DNA of 64,000 nucleotides from Minisyncoccota bacterium. Lineage in GTDB: Bacteria > Patescibacteriota > Minisyncoccia > Phycocordibacterales > SBAW01. The translations under genes were made by a program, and so were the position numbers. A model generated the notes under the pieces. It did no database searches. It saw nothing but the letters and a program-made list of their open reading frames with translations, and was not told where the DNA came from. Below, piece by piece: positions 47,881-56,751 of this stretch. The stretch is taken from assembly GCA_035546575.1 (NCBI GenBank), contig DASZWN010000002.1, forward strand, positions 32,681-96,680. The letters run 5' to 3'. Position 1 is the stretch's first letter, and the number at the start of each line of letters is the position of its first letter.

Positions 47881-49068
47881 TTATACACTCGTATTTTTGA
47901 ACGTTTGTGCCTGGGGTTTGGTGCTCGATACATCGCTGAAGCTGCTCGAAAAGTCTACAGAAAACTCGCTTTGACCGGGTTCTGTTATTTGAGCACGAGG
48001 CTCTTCTTCGGTAATGCCAACCGGCAGGAATACTGAAATGGTAGTGCCTTGGTTGCGCGCACTCTGTATGTGTATCTTGCCATGATGCGCGCGTACTATC
48101 TCGTTAACAATAGTGAGTCCCAGGCCGCTGCCGCTATGGCGTATGTCGCGCATACGCGAGGTATCTGCGCGATAAAACGGCTCAAATACGTGCACCAAGT
48201 CTTTTTGCGAAATGCCGATGCCGTTGTCTGCAACCGAAAATATGACCGAGCCGCGATAATTTGGTTGTATAGATATAGTCACTACGCCGGTGCCTTTTTG
48301 AGTGTAGTTGATAGCGTTTTTAACCAAGTTGCTCACCACCTGCTCAAGCGCGGTAGCGTTGCCGCGTACGACGCCGTAGAGGTCTTTTTGTACCTCTATC
48401 GCTACCTCGCGCTCGTCTGCAAGAGTGCTGAGGCGCTTTACTACGCTGTCAACCAAGGGGCCCATCTCAACCGGGCTCAGCTGTATGCGCTCGGGGCGCA
48501 TAAGCGAGTTGAACGAAAGCAAGTTATTGATGATCTCGGAAATACGGTCGAGCTCCCCGACTATCTCATCGAGTGTATCGCGCATGGGTTGCGCTATCTG
48601 CTCGTCTAAAAGCGCCACCTCGGTCGAGGTCTTAATGACGGAAAGGGGAGTCCGCAGTTCGTGCGCCACGTTGCTGATAAATATTTTTTGATAGTGGAGC
48701 GCATTGCGCGTAGGCCAGAGCATAAAACGCGCAAACAAAAAACCGAATATGCCGGCCACGCATACAAGCCCCAAAAATACATACCACACGCTTGCGATTT
48801 GTATCGAGTGGATAGAGAGAGTGAGCGGTTCGGGCGTGCTTACTCCGCTGACTATGGCGCGGATATTGCCGACAATCGCGCGAACGACCGCCTCGTTTGT
48901 GTAGTGGAGCACGAACCAGAAGAGTCCTACGCACACCACTACAAGCGCGGCAAACAGCACCACGATGCTAATAGTGGCTCGCAGAAATACGTCAGCTTCG
49001 TACCTCTCCCGCCAAACGGTAGCCCACTCCGCGAACTGTTTCAAATAATTGTTCAGAGTCATCATCAT
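47881..49068 (-). CDS. Sensor histidine kinase
   Basis: Two TMs, AHELRTPL, NLVKNAINY, DNGIGI, FYRAD, GSGLGL. Confidence 0.94.
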   Translation of the reverse strand: MMMTLNNYLKQFAEWATVWRERYEADVFLRATISIVVLFAALVVVCVGLFWFVLHYTNEAVVRAIVGNIRAIVSGVSTPEPLTLSIHSIQIASVWYVFLGLVCVAGIFGFLFARFMLWPTRNALHYQKIFISNVAHELRTPLSVIKTSTEVALLDEQIAQPMRDTLDEIVGELDRISEIINNLLSFNSLMRPERIQLSPVEMGPLVDSVVKRLSTLADEREVAIEVQKDLYGVVRGNATALEQVVSNLVKNAINYTQKGTGVVTISIQPNYRGSVIFSVADNGIGISQKDLVHVFEPFYRADTSRMRDIRHSGSGLGLTIVNEIVRAHHGKIHIQSARNQGTTISVFLPVGITEEEPRAQITEPGQSEFSVDFSSSFSDVSSTKPQAQTFKNTSV

Positions 49069-49681
49069 TGTTGAGTTTTTTGCGGAGATTCTTCATGTGT
49101 ACATCTAATACGTTACTCCATGAAAGCGCATTGAAGTCCCATACGTGGTCAAAAAGCTTTTCGCGCGTAAGCACGACACCCGGCTCGCGCATAAAGCACT
49201 CAAGGAGCGAGAACTCTTTGAGCGTGAGCGGTATCTCTTTGCCCTCGCGGCGCACCACGCGCGCTGCCGTGTCCATCTCGAGCGGGCCGACACGCAGTAT
49301 TGCGGCCTGTACTGCCGCTGGGCGACGCAAGACAGAATTAATGCGGGCGAGCAGCTCCTCAAACGAGAACGGCTTTACGATATAGTCGTCGGCGCCTTTG
49401 TTAAGAAGATCGATTTTGTGCTCGGTCTCGTTGCGTGCGGTCAGGATAATAATCGGTGTAGTGACCCCGGCTTTGCGCACATCTTCGGTAATAGTGGCAC
49501 CGTCGAGGCCGGGGAGCATAAGGTCGAGCAATATAAGATCATACTCGTTTTTGTAGAGCATGATGCGCGTACGCGCTTTTTCAGGGTCGGGGAGCCAGTC
49601 TACGGCAAAGCCTTTTAGCATCAGCCCCTTCTTGAGCGCCTTCGCGAGCTTCTCTTCGTCTTCGACTATAAGTAGGTGCAT
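48992..49681 (-). CDS. OmpR-family response regulator
   Basis: LIVEDE, LDLMLP, LTA, GADDYIVKPF, winged helix LDVHMKNLRKKL...TVRGVGY. Confidence 0.95.
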   Translation of the reverse strand: MHLLIVEDEEKLAKALKKGLMLKGFAVDWLPDPEKARTRIMLYKNEYDLILLDLMLPGLDGATITEDVRKAGVTTPIIILTARNETEHKIDLLNKGADDYIVKPFSFEELLARINSVLRRPAAVQAAILRVGPLEMDTAARVVRREGKEIPLTLKEFSLLECFMREPGVVLTREKLFDHVWDFNALSWSNVLDVHMKNLRKKLNNDDDSEQLFETVRGVGYRLAGEVRS

Positions 49682-49854
49682 AGTGTATGTTGCTAATCCT
49701 CTAAATTAGGTCCTCAACCCTCAAGGTATAAGACGATTTTATACTCCCACATCTTACATGAAGATTTTAGGAAGTTCCTTCATGTTTAAAATATGTTGCA
49801 AAATAAGGCTACATACCGATCGTTCTCTTGTATCTAAACTGCTATACTGTATCT

Positions 49855-50988
49855 ATGCGTCTCGGGTTTATATTCGCGCTTGTGCTCATGTGTGCGACTT
49901 CTCTTCTTGCGCCGCTTGCGGCTTATGCGCAAGCAGAAGCAGTTCCCGAGACCGTAACGATCGAAAAAGCAAAAGTTTTGGAGGCTACTAATCAGCACAC
50001 CGTGATTGTGCCGGGTACTGACACGCCGTCCACCGTGCAGACTCTCAAGGCGCAGATACTTGAGGGCAACGAGAAAGGTGCTGTTGTTACATTTGATAAC
50101 GACTATACGCAGCTTAAGACGGGAGACCTCTTTTATATCCGCCATCTCATAGGCAATGATGTAGACGGCAGAGACTACTACACTGTTTCCGACGCGTACC
50201 GGCTCAATGTCCTTCTTGGATTGCTGATTGTTTTTCTCGCTCTATTATTTTTTTTCGGAGGTATACAGGGAATACGAGGTCTGGTGAGTTTGCTGGGCAG
50301 CTTCGTCCTTATTCTTTTTGTACTCCTTCCTGGGATACTGCAGGGTTATTCGCCAATTCTGATGAGCATCGGGGTAGCATCGCTCATCATTGTCATAGGA
50401 TCGTATATCACCCACGGATTCAATAAAACAACTACGGCCGCGGTTTTAGGAATGATTGCAACCGTACTAATCACCGGTCTCGGAGCATACTACGTAATCC
50501 ATATAGGAAATTTAAGCGGATTTACGACGGAGGAAAACGTCTACCTTAATTTTAATACCCAAGGCAGCATCAGCATGATAGGACTTTTGTTTGGGGGCAT
50601 CATGATCGGGCTTCTGGGAGTGCTCTACGATATTGCTATCGGACAAGCCGTAACGGTTGAAGAGCTGTTCGCTGCGGGCAAACATATGACCCGCATCGAG
50701 ATCTATAAGCGGGCGATCCGCATCGGTCGGGAGCATATTGGCGCTTTGGTGAATACGCTGGCTATTGCCTACGTTGGAGTTGCACTCCCGCTGCTTCTGC
50801 TTGTGCAGCAGACGTATACAACGCACAACTGGGGCACTATTCTCAATAGCGAGATGTTTGCTACCGAGGCTATTCGTATTTTAATCGGCAGCATCGGTCT
50901 TATTCTTGCGGTGCCCATCACCACATCGATCGCTTCGTACATGCTTTCAGAAAGAGCCGAGCAGGGAAGCCCGATACATCATCATTAG
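49855..50988 (+). CDS. YibE/F-family membrane protein
   Basis: GIMIGLLGVLYD, IGREHIGALVNTLAIAY.G, GSIGLILAVPITT; ends HHH; TATACT 6 nt before ATG 49855. Confidence 0.85.
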   Translation: MRLGFIFALVLMCATSLLAPLAAYAQAEAVPETVTIEKAKVLEATNQHTVIVPGTDTPSTVQTLKAQILEGNEKGAVVTFDNDYTQLKTGDLFYIRHLIGNDVDGRDYYTVSDAYRLNVLLGLLIVFLALLFFFGGIQGIRGLVSLLGSFVLILFVLLPGILQGYSPILMSIGVASLIIVIGSYITHGFNKTTTAAVLGMIATVLITGLGAYYVIHIGNLSGFTTEENVYLNFNTQGSISMIGLLFGGIMIGLLGVLYDIAIGQAVTVEELFAAGKHMTRIEIYKRAIRIGREHIGALVNTLAIAYVGVALPLLLLVQQTYTTHNWGTILNSEMFATEAIRILIGSIGLILAVPITTSIASYMLSERAEQGSPIHHH

Positions 50989-51413
50989 GCGTTAGCCGCA
51001 CACGTCTTGCAGATGCCAAAAAACTCCATCGAGTGATCTACAACCGTATCAAATTTCTTAGACTTTTTTGCTACTTGTTTTACAAACGCCTCGGTATTGC
51101 AATTAGTGTCCTCAACAAGGCCGCAATTGGTGCAGACAATATGATGGTGATGTTGGCGGTATACCTGGAGCTCGTAGTGCGCGTGTCCGTGGCGAAAGTC
51201 AACCTCGCGCACTACGCCGGAAGCGACCATAGACTCGAGTGCACGATAAAGCGTTACCTTATCTAGCGCGCTTTTGAGCTTTTTCTCGAGATAGGAGACC
51301 GTGACCGGCTTAGCTTCGCCGAACAGGGTACTGAGCAGCAACACGCGCCCGGGCGTGGCTTTGTAGCCGCCTTCGCGGAGGATTCCCTTGAAATCGGGTG
51401 TATGCATACTCAT
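50985..51413 (-). CDS. Fur-family (Zur-like) metalloregulator
   Basis: TLYRALE, HHHHIVCTNCG, GICKTC. Confidence 0.93.
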   Translation of the reverse strand: MSMHTPDFKGILREGGYKATPGRVLLLSTLFGEAKPVTVSYLEKKLKSALDKVTLYRALESMVASGVVREVDFRHGHAHYELQVYRQHHHHIVCTNCGLVEDTNCNTEAFVKQVAKKSKKFDTVVDHSMEFFGICKTCAANA

Positions 51414-51435
51414 AACTACGCCACACTATCACAAA

Positions 51436-51495
51436 CGCAACAAGGTTGCAACTGACAAAGGTTTGCTTTATATTACAGATGCAACTTAATTGCAT
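51436..51495. promoter_or_regulatory. Two Fur-family-type operator boxes (YGCAA-N5-TTGCA)
   Basis: cgcaacaaggttgca (51436-51450) and atgcaacttaattgcat (51479-51495) between the divergent fur-like and cooC-like genes. Confidence 0.7.
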
Positions 51496-51497
51496 TT

Positions 51498-52229
51498 ATG
51501 AAAGTAGCCTTTCTGGGAAAGGGGGGCAGCGGCAAATCTACCCTCGCAACACAGTGTATGTGGTATCTCCGAGAGTGGGGAAACTTTGTGCTGGCTATAG
51601 ATGCTGACCATAATATGGATCTTTCGTATAACCTCGGGATTGAGCCGAAAGTATTTCTGGGGAGCGACCCGTACGCTATTAAAACGTTCGTGGGTCTGTC
51701 GGAGAAAGCCGGCTTTGCAGAGGCGCGAGCGTATGCAAAAGAAAAAGGGTTATCTTTCCAGCTCAGCCCGATGGACGACTTTACCAAGCGCATGACTACA
51801 GAAGTGGGCGAGAACCTACTGCTCATGACCGCTGGGCCTCATACCGATATTGTGCGCAGCGGAGAGCACTGCAGCCACTCACTCGCTGCTCCGCTCAAGA
51901 CGTATCTTCCGCTACTCAAGCTCGGGGATACAGAGTCAGTTGTTATAGATGAGCGGGCCGGTACCGACCCCGTGGCGACAGGAATTCTTGCAGGAGTTGA
52001 TCTGGCAATTATCGTTGCCGAGCCGACGGTGCACAGCGTGCGGGTTGCGGGACAGATTGCGCATGAGCTTGATCTTGCGCAAGTGCCGTATGAATTTGTC
52101 GCTAATAAGGTGCGCGAAGATACAAAGATATTCGAAAGTTTACCGAAGCCGCCTACTCTCTACGTAGAGTTTGGAGCAGAAGCGGATTTTAGCGGATTGT
52201 TTAAGGAATTAAAGATGCGCAGTTTGTAA
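51498..52229 (+). CDS. CooC-like (MinD/ParA-type) ATPase
   Basis: GKGGSGKST, AIDAD.NMDL, GEHCSH, IDERAG, AEPT..S, VANKV. Confidence 0.8.
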   Translation: MKVAFLGKGGSGKSTLATQCMWYLREWGNFVLAIDADHNMDLSYNLGIEPKVFLGSDPYAIKTFVGLSEKAGFAEARAYAKEKGLSFQLSPMDDFTKRMTTEVGENLLLMTAGPHTDIVRSGEHCSHSLAAPLKTYLPLLKLGDTESVVIDERAGTDPVATGILAGVDLAIIVAEPTVHSVRVAGQIAHELDLAQVPYEFVANKVREDTKIFESLPKPPTLYVEFGAEADFSGLFKELKMRSL

Positions 52230-52304
52230 GCGGCGTGCGCCCCGGAAAATATGACCGGGCGCACGCCCGCAGCAAGCCGGCGTAAGTTCTTTGAGGAGAA
52301 AATC

Positions 52305-52724
52305 ATGTCCTTTCCGTCAGTGGAGCGCGAGCTCCAGAACCGTGGTCTTGCGTCGGCAGCTCTCACCGCCGCCGATATTCAGGCGGCGCGCGAAGCCTTG
52401 CTCGCCGCAGTCAGGACCGACTGCCCAGAGGCAGTGGAGTATCTGCACGGTCTCGCCCACAAGGCGAAAAAGGATCCCGATGGAATCTTGTGGACCGAGA
52501 ATCCCAATTCCGTGCTCGGCAAGCAGCTCATCCGGATCCACGCTTCCACCCCGGTGCGCCGGTTGGTGGAAGAGCACATCTGCCACGGTATGGAACTGAC
52601 GTTCTATAACTGCTGCGGCGGCAAGGTGGCTCAGCCCAAGCCCAAGGACGAGCGGGATCGTGATGCGGAAATTCTCATGCAGATCCAGATGCAAGCCGGG
52701 CCTGTTGCCTACGCCGACTGCTGA
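52305..52724 (+). CDS. Hypothetical Cys/His-rich protein (139 aa)
   Basis: GAGGAG before ATG 52305; HICHG, FYNCCGG, terminal YADC; followed by a terminator. Confidence 0.65.
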   Translation: MSFPSVERELQNRGLASAALTAADIQAAREALLAAVRTDCPEAVEYLHGLAHKAKKDPDGILWTENPNSVLGKQLIRIHASTPVRRLVEEHICHGMELTFYNCCGGKVAQPKPKDERDRDAEILMQIQMQAGPVAYADC

Positions 52725-52743
52725 AAGTCCTCCCCGGAGGCAG

Positions 52744-52767
52744 CCCCGCGTTTTCGCGGGGTTTTTT
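52744..52767 (+). terminator. Intrinsic terminator
   Basis: ccccgcg-tttt-cgcgggg followed by tttttt. Confidence 0.75.
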
Positions 52768-52789
52768 CTTATAAAGAACGACCATCCTG

Positions 52790-53476
52790 TTACAGATGGT
52801 CGTGAAGTAGGGCATGGAATTGCGTGAGCCGCTTAAAGGTGCGGATCTCATACTCGCCGGGCTTGCCGTCTACTGGCGGCTTTGCCGTGACAATTATTGT
52901 GTCGGGCCGAATGACCGGTTTATCATCCATAAACATCCGGCATTCCTCACAAGGGTGAAGCGTCTTGGTAATGCCGACGTCTTCCTCGCGGAGTTCACCG
53001 ACAATCACCATGCCTATCACCCAGGAACACCCCGATGCGTAGGCTCCTGAGATAGCTATCGGTTCGGCGCAGACGGGACGAGCATTCCGGGAGACCTTAG
53101 TGTTCATGCCAAGATGCACCTCCCAAGATTCCCTGTGGGGTTGGCCCGGTTTGAATGCAAGCAACGCGCATCCTACATCGAACCCTCGGTACGAGCTCGC
53201 AAGAGTCCGCGCTCTGACTGCCTGCCAATAAAGATACTCGATCGACTGGCGGAAGCGCTGACGCTGTTCCCATGCGGGTATGCGGCGGGCTTTGTACTGA
53301 GGGAAGTCTATGGCCGTCACGGTCATCTTGGGGTTGCCGTAGGCATCCAGCTGACTGTGGTCGTATTCAATTGCTTGTTCTTCGAGCCAGGGCGTTGAGG
53401 AATTCTTTATCCTCCCGCTACTCTTGTTCTTTTCCCAGATGCTGCGCATCAGGGATCTTTGCTTGTCTTCAGACAT
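52790..53476 (-). CDS. Cytidine-deaminase-fold protein with N-terminal extension
   Basis: SYRGFDVGCALL, G.N, CAE, PCEECR zinc motifs. Confidence 0.75.
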   Translation of the reverse strand: MSEDKQRSLMRSIWEKNKSSGRIKNSSTPWLEEQAIEYDHSQLDAYGNPKMTVTAIDFPQYKARRIPAWEQRQRFRQSIEYLYWQAVRARTLASSYRGFDVGCALLAFKPGQPHRESWEVHLGMNTKVSRNARPVCAEPIAISGAYASGCSWVIGMVIVGELREEDVGITKTLHPCEECRMFMDDKPVIRPDTIIVTAKPPVDGKPGEYEIRTFKRLTQFHALLHDHL

Positions 53477-53556
53477 GCCGTGCTCCCTGATTGAGCGTTT
53501 ATTTCCGGAAATATTTATACACTACTTTTTCAATTTTGTCACTCTCCATTAGCTGT

Positions 53557-53593
53557 AAAGAAAACGGCGGCTCAATGAGCCGCCGTTTTCTTT
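53557..53593 (-). terminator. Terminator after the 860-aa surface protein
   Basis: aaagaaaacggcggctc-aat-gagccgccgttttcttt. Confidence 0.8.
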
Positions 53594-53606
53594 TTATTTG
53601 CTCCGC

Positions 53607-56189
53607 TTAGATTGTGCCGTTGAGGACTGCCCTCGTCTGCGGTCCAACAATACCAACCTGCGGTATGCTGTGCGCCTTCTGGTAGGCAATTACTCCTGCC
53701 TTGGTAAGAGGGCCGAAGGTTCCTGTGATTGGGCCCGAGTAGACACCCTCTGCTGTCAGGCGCTTCTGGAGCTCGGTAACCTGGGTACCTGTCGAGCCCA
53801 TCTGCATAGTCACCGTAAAGATAAATCCATCTGACTTGCCTGGTGTTGTGGTGCCGCCGGAAGCTTGGCCGTGGAGCGCCTTGTTGACCGAGTCGATCAC
53901 CGACTGATCTGCGTTGAATGACTTGAGGAGGTCAAGGATAGCGTTGATCTGAGCGTCGGTGAGAGCCTGAGTTGAAGCGCCAAGCACTTGACCGCCTGTA
54001 GATGAGCCTCCGATAAGGCCCACTACTACGCCTCCACCTCCTCCACCTCCTCCACCCCCGCCCCCGCTACTGGACTGCTGGGCGTTATTGACGCAGATAT
54101 GGTTTTCGAGGTGTTGGCCGGAACCGCAGCTCGGGTCAGGATTAATGGTAATCGTCGTGGTTGCCGAAGCGCTGTCCGCAATACCATCGTTAGCCTTAAA
54201 CTTGAAGCTGTCGGTGAATGCAGCAGTCGTGGTGGTTGCCGCTGGTGTGTAGGTATATGTTGCGCCGCTCTTAAGTACCAGCGTGCCGTACATTGGGTTG
54301 CTGGTCGTTGCGAACGTGAGCGTCGTGTTAGCGTCTGTGTCATTGCCTGTAAGCGTGATATCAACCGAGAGGCCTTGCCCTACAGTCGCAGTCTGATCTG
54401 CTACGGTCGGGATCGCGTTAGTCGGGAGCGCAACCGTAAAGCTTACCGGAGTTGCGATGCCTGCGTTGCCTGCAGTGTCGGTGCTCGAAGCGGTAATGGA
54501 GTACGTGCCGTTGGGGAGTGCGTTTGCGTCTGGCATGGTGATAGACCATACACCTGCCGCAGGAGTAGCTGTGTATGACTTACCGCCGAGAGCAACTTTA
54601 ACTACCGCTGTGTCGTTTGAAGTGCCCGAGATAGTAGTAGTTCCAGTTGTGATAGTGCTGCCGCCTACCGGAGCTGTAATAGCAACAGTTGGGGCAGTAA
54701 AGTCACCCAATATGACCTGATGCATGGTCTTTACACTGACGCTTCCTGTACCTGTTGTCGGTAAGCTAGCCAGATAATTGGATGTTGCCGCAAGAACGTC
54801 CGCAGAGGTGCAGTCAATGTCCGGCTGCGCAGGAACATCCGGGTCAGTGCATTGTCCCGTAGCAAGGCCCGTTGCGTAGTTTGTAGTTGCGTCGTTGGCT
54901 CCGGTGCGCACCTGGTGGAACATGAGTATGAGCCACACATTGTACTGGCGAGCGTAATCAATCCAATCTTTTATGTTTGTACCTGCCGGGCCGCCCGAGA
55001 ACTGGGTTGTGTTAGTGACATGCTGCATCTTGAGCTTGTACTTGTTGTCATTGCTGAGGTCGCCAAGCAGGTTGTATCCCTGGTCAACCGAGCGTGCAGC
55101 ACCGAAGGTAGTGCCAAGCGCGCCAACGGTGTTCTTAACTCCGGCAAGTACGTTGACTAGAGCTGGCGAATCGGCAGAAACGCAGTCACTGAGCGCCGGT
55201 GCGCAGTACGAGCCGTACGGATACGCAAAGCTGTCTATAGGTGCGGTTGGAAGAAGAGTCTTAAGGTCGTCAAGCGAACCCTTTAATTCTCCCAGCCACA
55301 TGCTCGGACGATCCGGATAGCTCGTTGGTTGTGCTGTAGTCGGGTCGTCTTTTGCAAGGTCAAGGTGGTTGCGCGTGTGTGCGCCAATGTCGTAGCCGCT
55401 GTTAAAGAGGGCAGTGATCTCGGCTCTATTCAGGTTATCTGAGTTTGCAACTGCGGAGCTTGGGGGGGTGAGGCGGGAGCCATCTTGGCCGGTAATAATG
55501 TAGTTGGTTGCCCTAAAGCCGTTGGCATTGAGACTCGAAGTGGCAACATCCCAGAAGGACTGCAAGCCGTCATCAAAAGTAAAGGTGACAATAGCTTGCG
55601 GAAAGGCTACTGGGTCGCCGCTCTGTGCAACTGCGTAGTCGTCAGTAATAAGGTCGCCTATATCTGTAATGGTATGCCCGATCTGGATCTGTGTTACGCC
55701 GTCCGGTACAAAGTATGTTCCATTAAACTGTGTCCAGGTAGACGGCTGTGGAGAGGCGTCACCAATCCACTGCGGTTGTGCCCCTGAGGCAGGGTAGACG
55801 AATACTGAGGTAGTCGTAGACGATTTGTACCAATCGCTGATCTTGTAGACTGTACGAGGGGTAACAGTAATGAAGCTGCTGGTCCAGCGGGCCTCTGAGT
55901 TGGCAGATGCTGCAGTTACCTGGATTTTTGAAGCAACTGCAGCACTATGTGCGTCGCTAGTGGTTGCTACGCCTGGAGCGGTAGTAATCGTACCGAATGT
56001 TCCGAGAGTCCATCCCGTTGGATTACCTGCTGCATCGAGCGTCTCGAAGCCCGGGTTCGTGAGCGCAACCGGAGTGTCAGCTGCAAACGCGAGATTTGCC
56101 GGAGTGGCTGCAAAGCCGCTCACCACGAGGGAGAGGGCGCTAATAAAAGCAAACGGGGCGCGCAAGCGCGCAAACACAGGGTTTTGCAT
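53607..56189 (-). CDS. Secreted multidomain polysaccharide deacetylase (CBM-like, CE4/NodB, Ig-like, peptidoglycan-binding)
   Basis: Signal peptide; LTNPGFE; TFDDG, HTRNH, FAYPYG, LMFHQ; Ig-like domains; GQVLGAST; VTELQKRL...TGTFGPLT..GV.AYQ. Confidence 0.85.
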   Translation of the reverse strand: MQNPVFARLRAPFAFISALSLVVSGFAATPANLAFAADTPVALTNPGFETLDAAGNPTGWTLGTFGTITTAPGVATTSDAHSAAVASKIQVTAASANSEARWTSSFITVTPRTVYKISDWYKSSTTTSVFVYPASGAQPQWIGDASPQPSTWTQFNGTYFVPDGVTQIQIGHTITDIGDLITDDYAVAQSGDPVAFPQAIVTFTFDDGLQSFWDVATSSLNANGFRATNYIITGQDGSRLTPPSSAVANSDNLNRAEITALFNSGYDIGAHTRNHLDLAKDDPTTAQPTSYPDRPSMWLGELKGSLDDLKTLLPTAPIDSFAYPYGSYCAPALSDCVSADSPALVNVLAGVKNTVGALGTTFGAARSVDQGYNLLGDLSNDNKYKLKMQHVTNTTQFSGGPAGTNIKDWIDYARQYNVWLILMFHQVRTGANDATTNYATGLATGQCTDPDVPAQPDIDCTSADVLAATSNYLASLPTTGTGSVSVKTMHQVILGDFTAPTVAITAPVGGSTITTGTTTISGTSNDTAVVKVALGGKSYTATPAAGVWSITMPDANALPNGTYSITASSTDTAGNAGIATPVSFTVALPTNAIPTVADQTATVGQGLSVDITLTGNDTDANTTLTFATTSNPMYGTLVLKSGATYTYTPAATTTTAAFTDSFKFKANDGIADSASATTTITINPDPSCGSGQHLENHICVNNAQQSSSGGGGGGGGGGGGVVVGLIGGSSTGGQVLGASTQALTDAQINAILDLLKSFNADQSVIDSVNKALHGQASGGTTTPGKSDGFIFTVTMQMGSTGTQVTELQKRLTAEGVYSGPITGTFGPLTKAGVIAYQKAHSIPQVGIVGPQTRAVLNGTI

Positions 56190-56447
56190 ACGGACTGGGT
56201 TATTGCTAAATGAATAAAAGCAAAGGGCTTACGCACCTACATCCAGCAGTTTCCCAGTCCTGCTTGTCATGGATTGACGTAAAATCTACCACGCACTTTT
56301 AAAAATACAACCGATCATATATTCGGATACATGTTTTATGCGCTGACAATCTGTACAAGAGTTTTCAGTCGAGTATTGTACGCCGCGTAACGTGCTTTTG
56401 GTCCATGTGCTCTCGCTCGATTTTCTGAATCCTGTACTTCTGCAAGA

Positions 56448-56528
56448 CACGAGGGTGAGGTGGGCCCAAAAGCTCCAGCTTAGGCTGGTTTCCCAGGGTT
56501 TTGGGCCCGCCTCGCCCTTGTGCTTTTT
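56448..56528. ncRNA. Candidate structured small RNA or cis-element in the divergent intergenic region
   Basis: 24-bp stem (three G-U pairs if read on +) enclosing an inner hairpin, followed by a U-tract; the strand is not resolved. Confidence 0.45.
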
Positions 56529-56751
56529 TGTTAGTATACGCTCGCGGCACTATTTCTCGGAATTTTTCCGAGATTTTTATTTTTGACAGAGGGGTTTTTA
56601 TATCCTCGAGCTCTTTTTTCCCTATCCACAGGCAAAAATTATGTACATGCGACAAAAATGACGCTATACTGTATGTACATTACTCGCGTTGAGTGATGAC
56701 CGAATTGAATGAAGGGGAACCAGCCTAAGCTCTACGAGCTGCATTGGCTGT

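Noticed and set aside
48992-49068. Frameshifted hybrid RR-HK gene suggested by the 77-nt overlap
   Set aside because: Both ORFs are complete with normal termini; a simple overlap or a later HK start is enough to explain it.
54028-54070. G/C-rich tract as a phase-variation or G-quadruplex site
   Set aside because: It encodes a poly-Gly linker with mixed codons; the Pro-rich tract near 41700-41742 is similar.
56365-56655. 96-aa ORF in the divergent intergenic region
   Set aside because: It crosses promoter-like boxes and a long hairpin and has no recognisable features; a non-coding role fits better.
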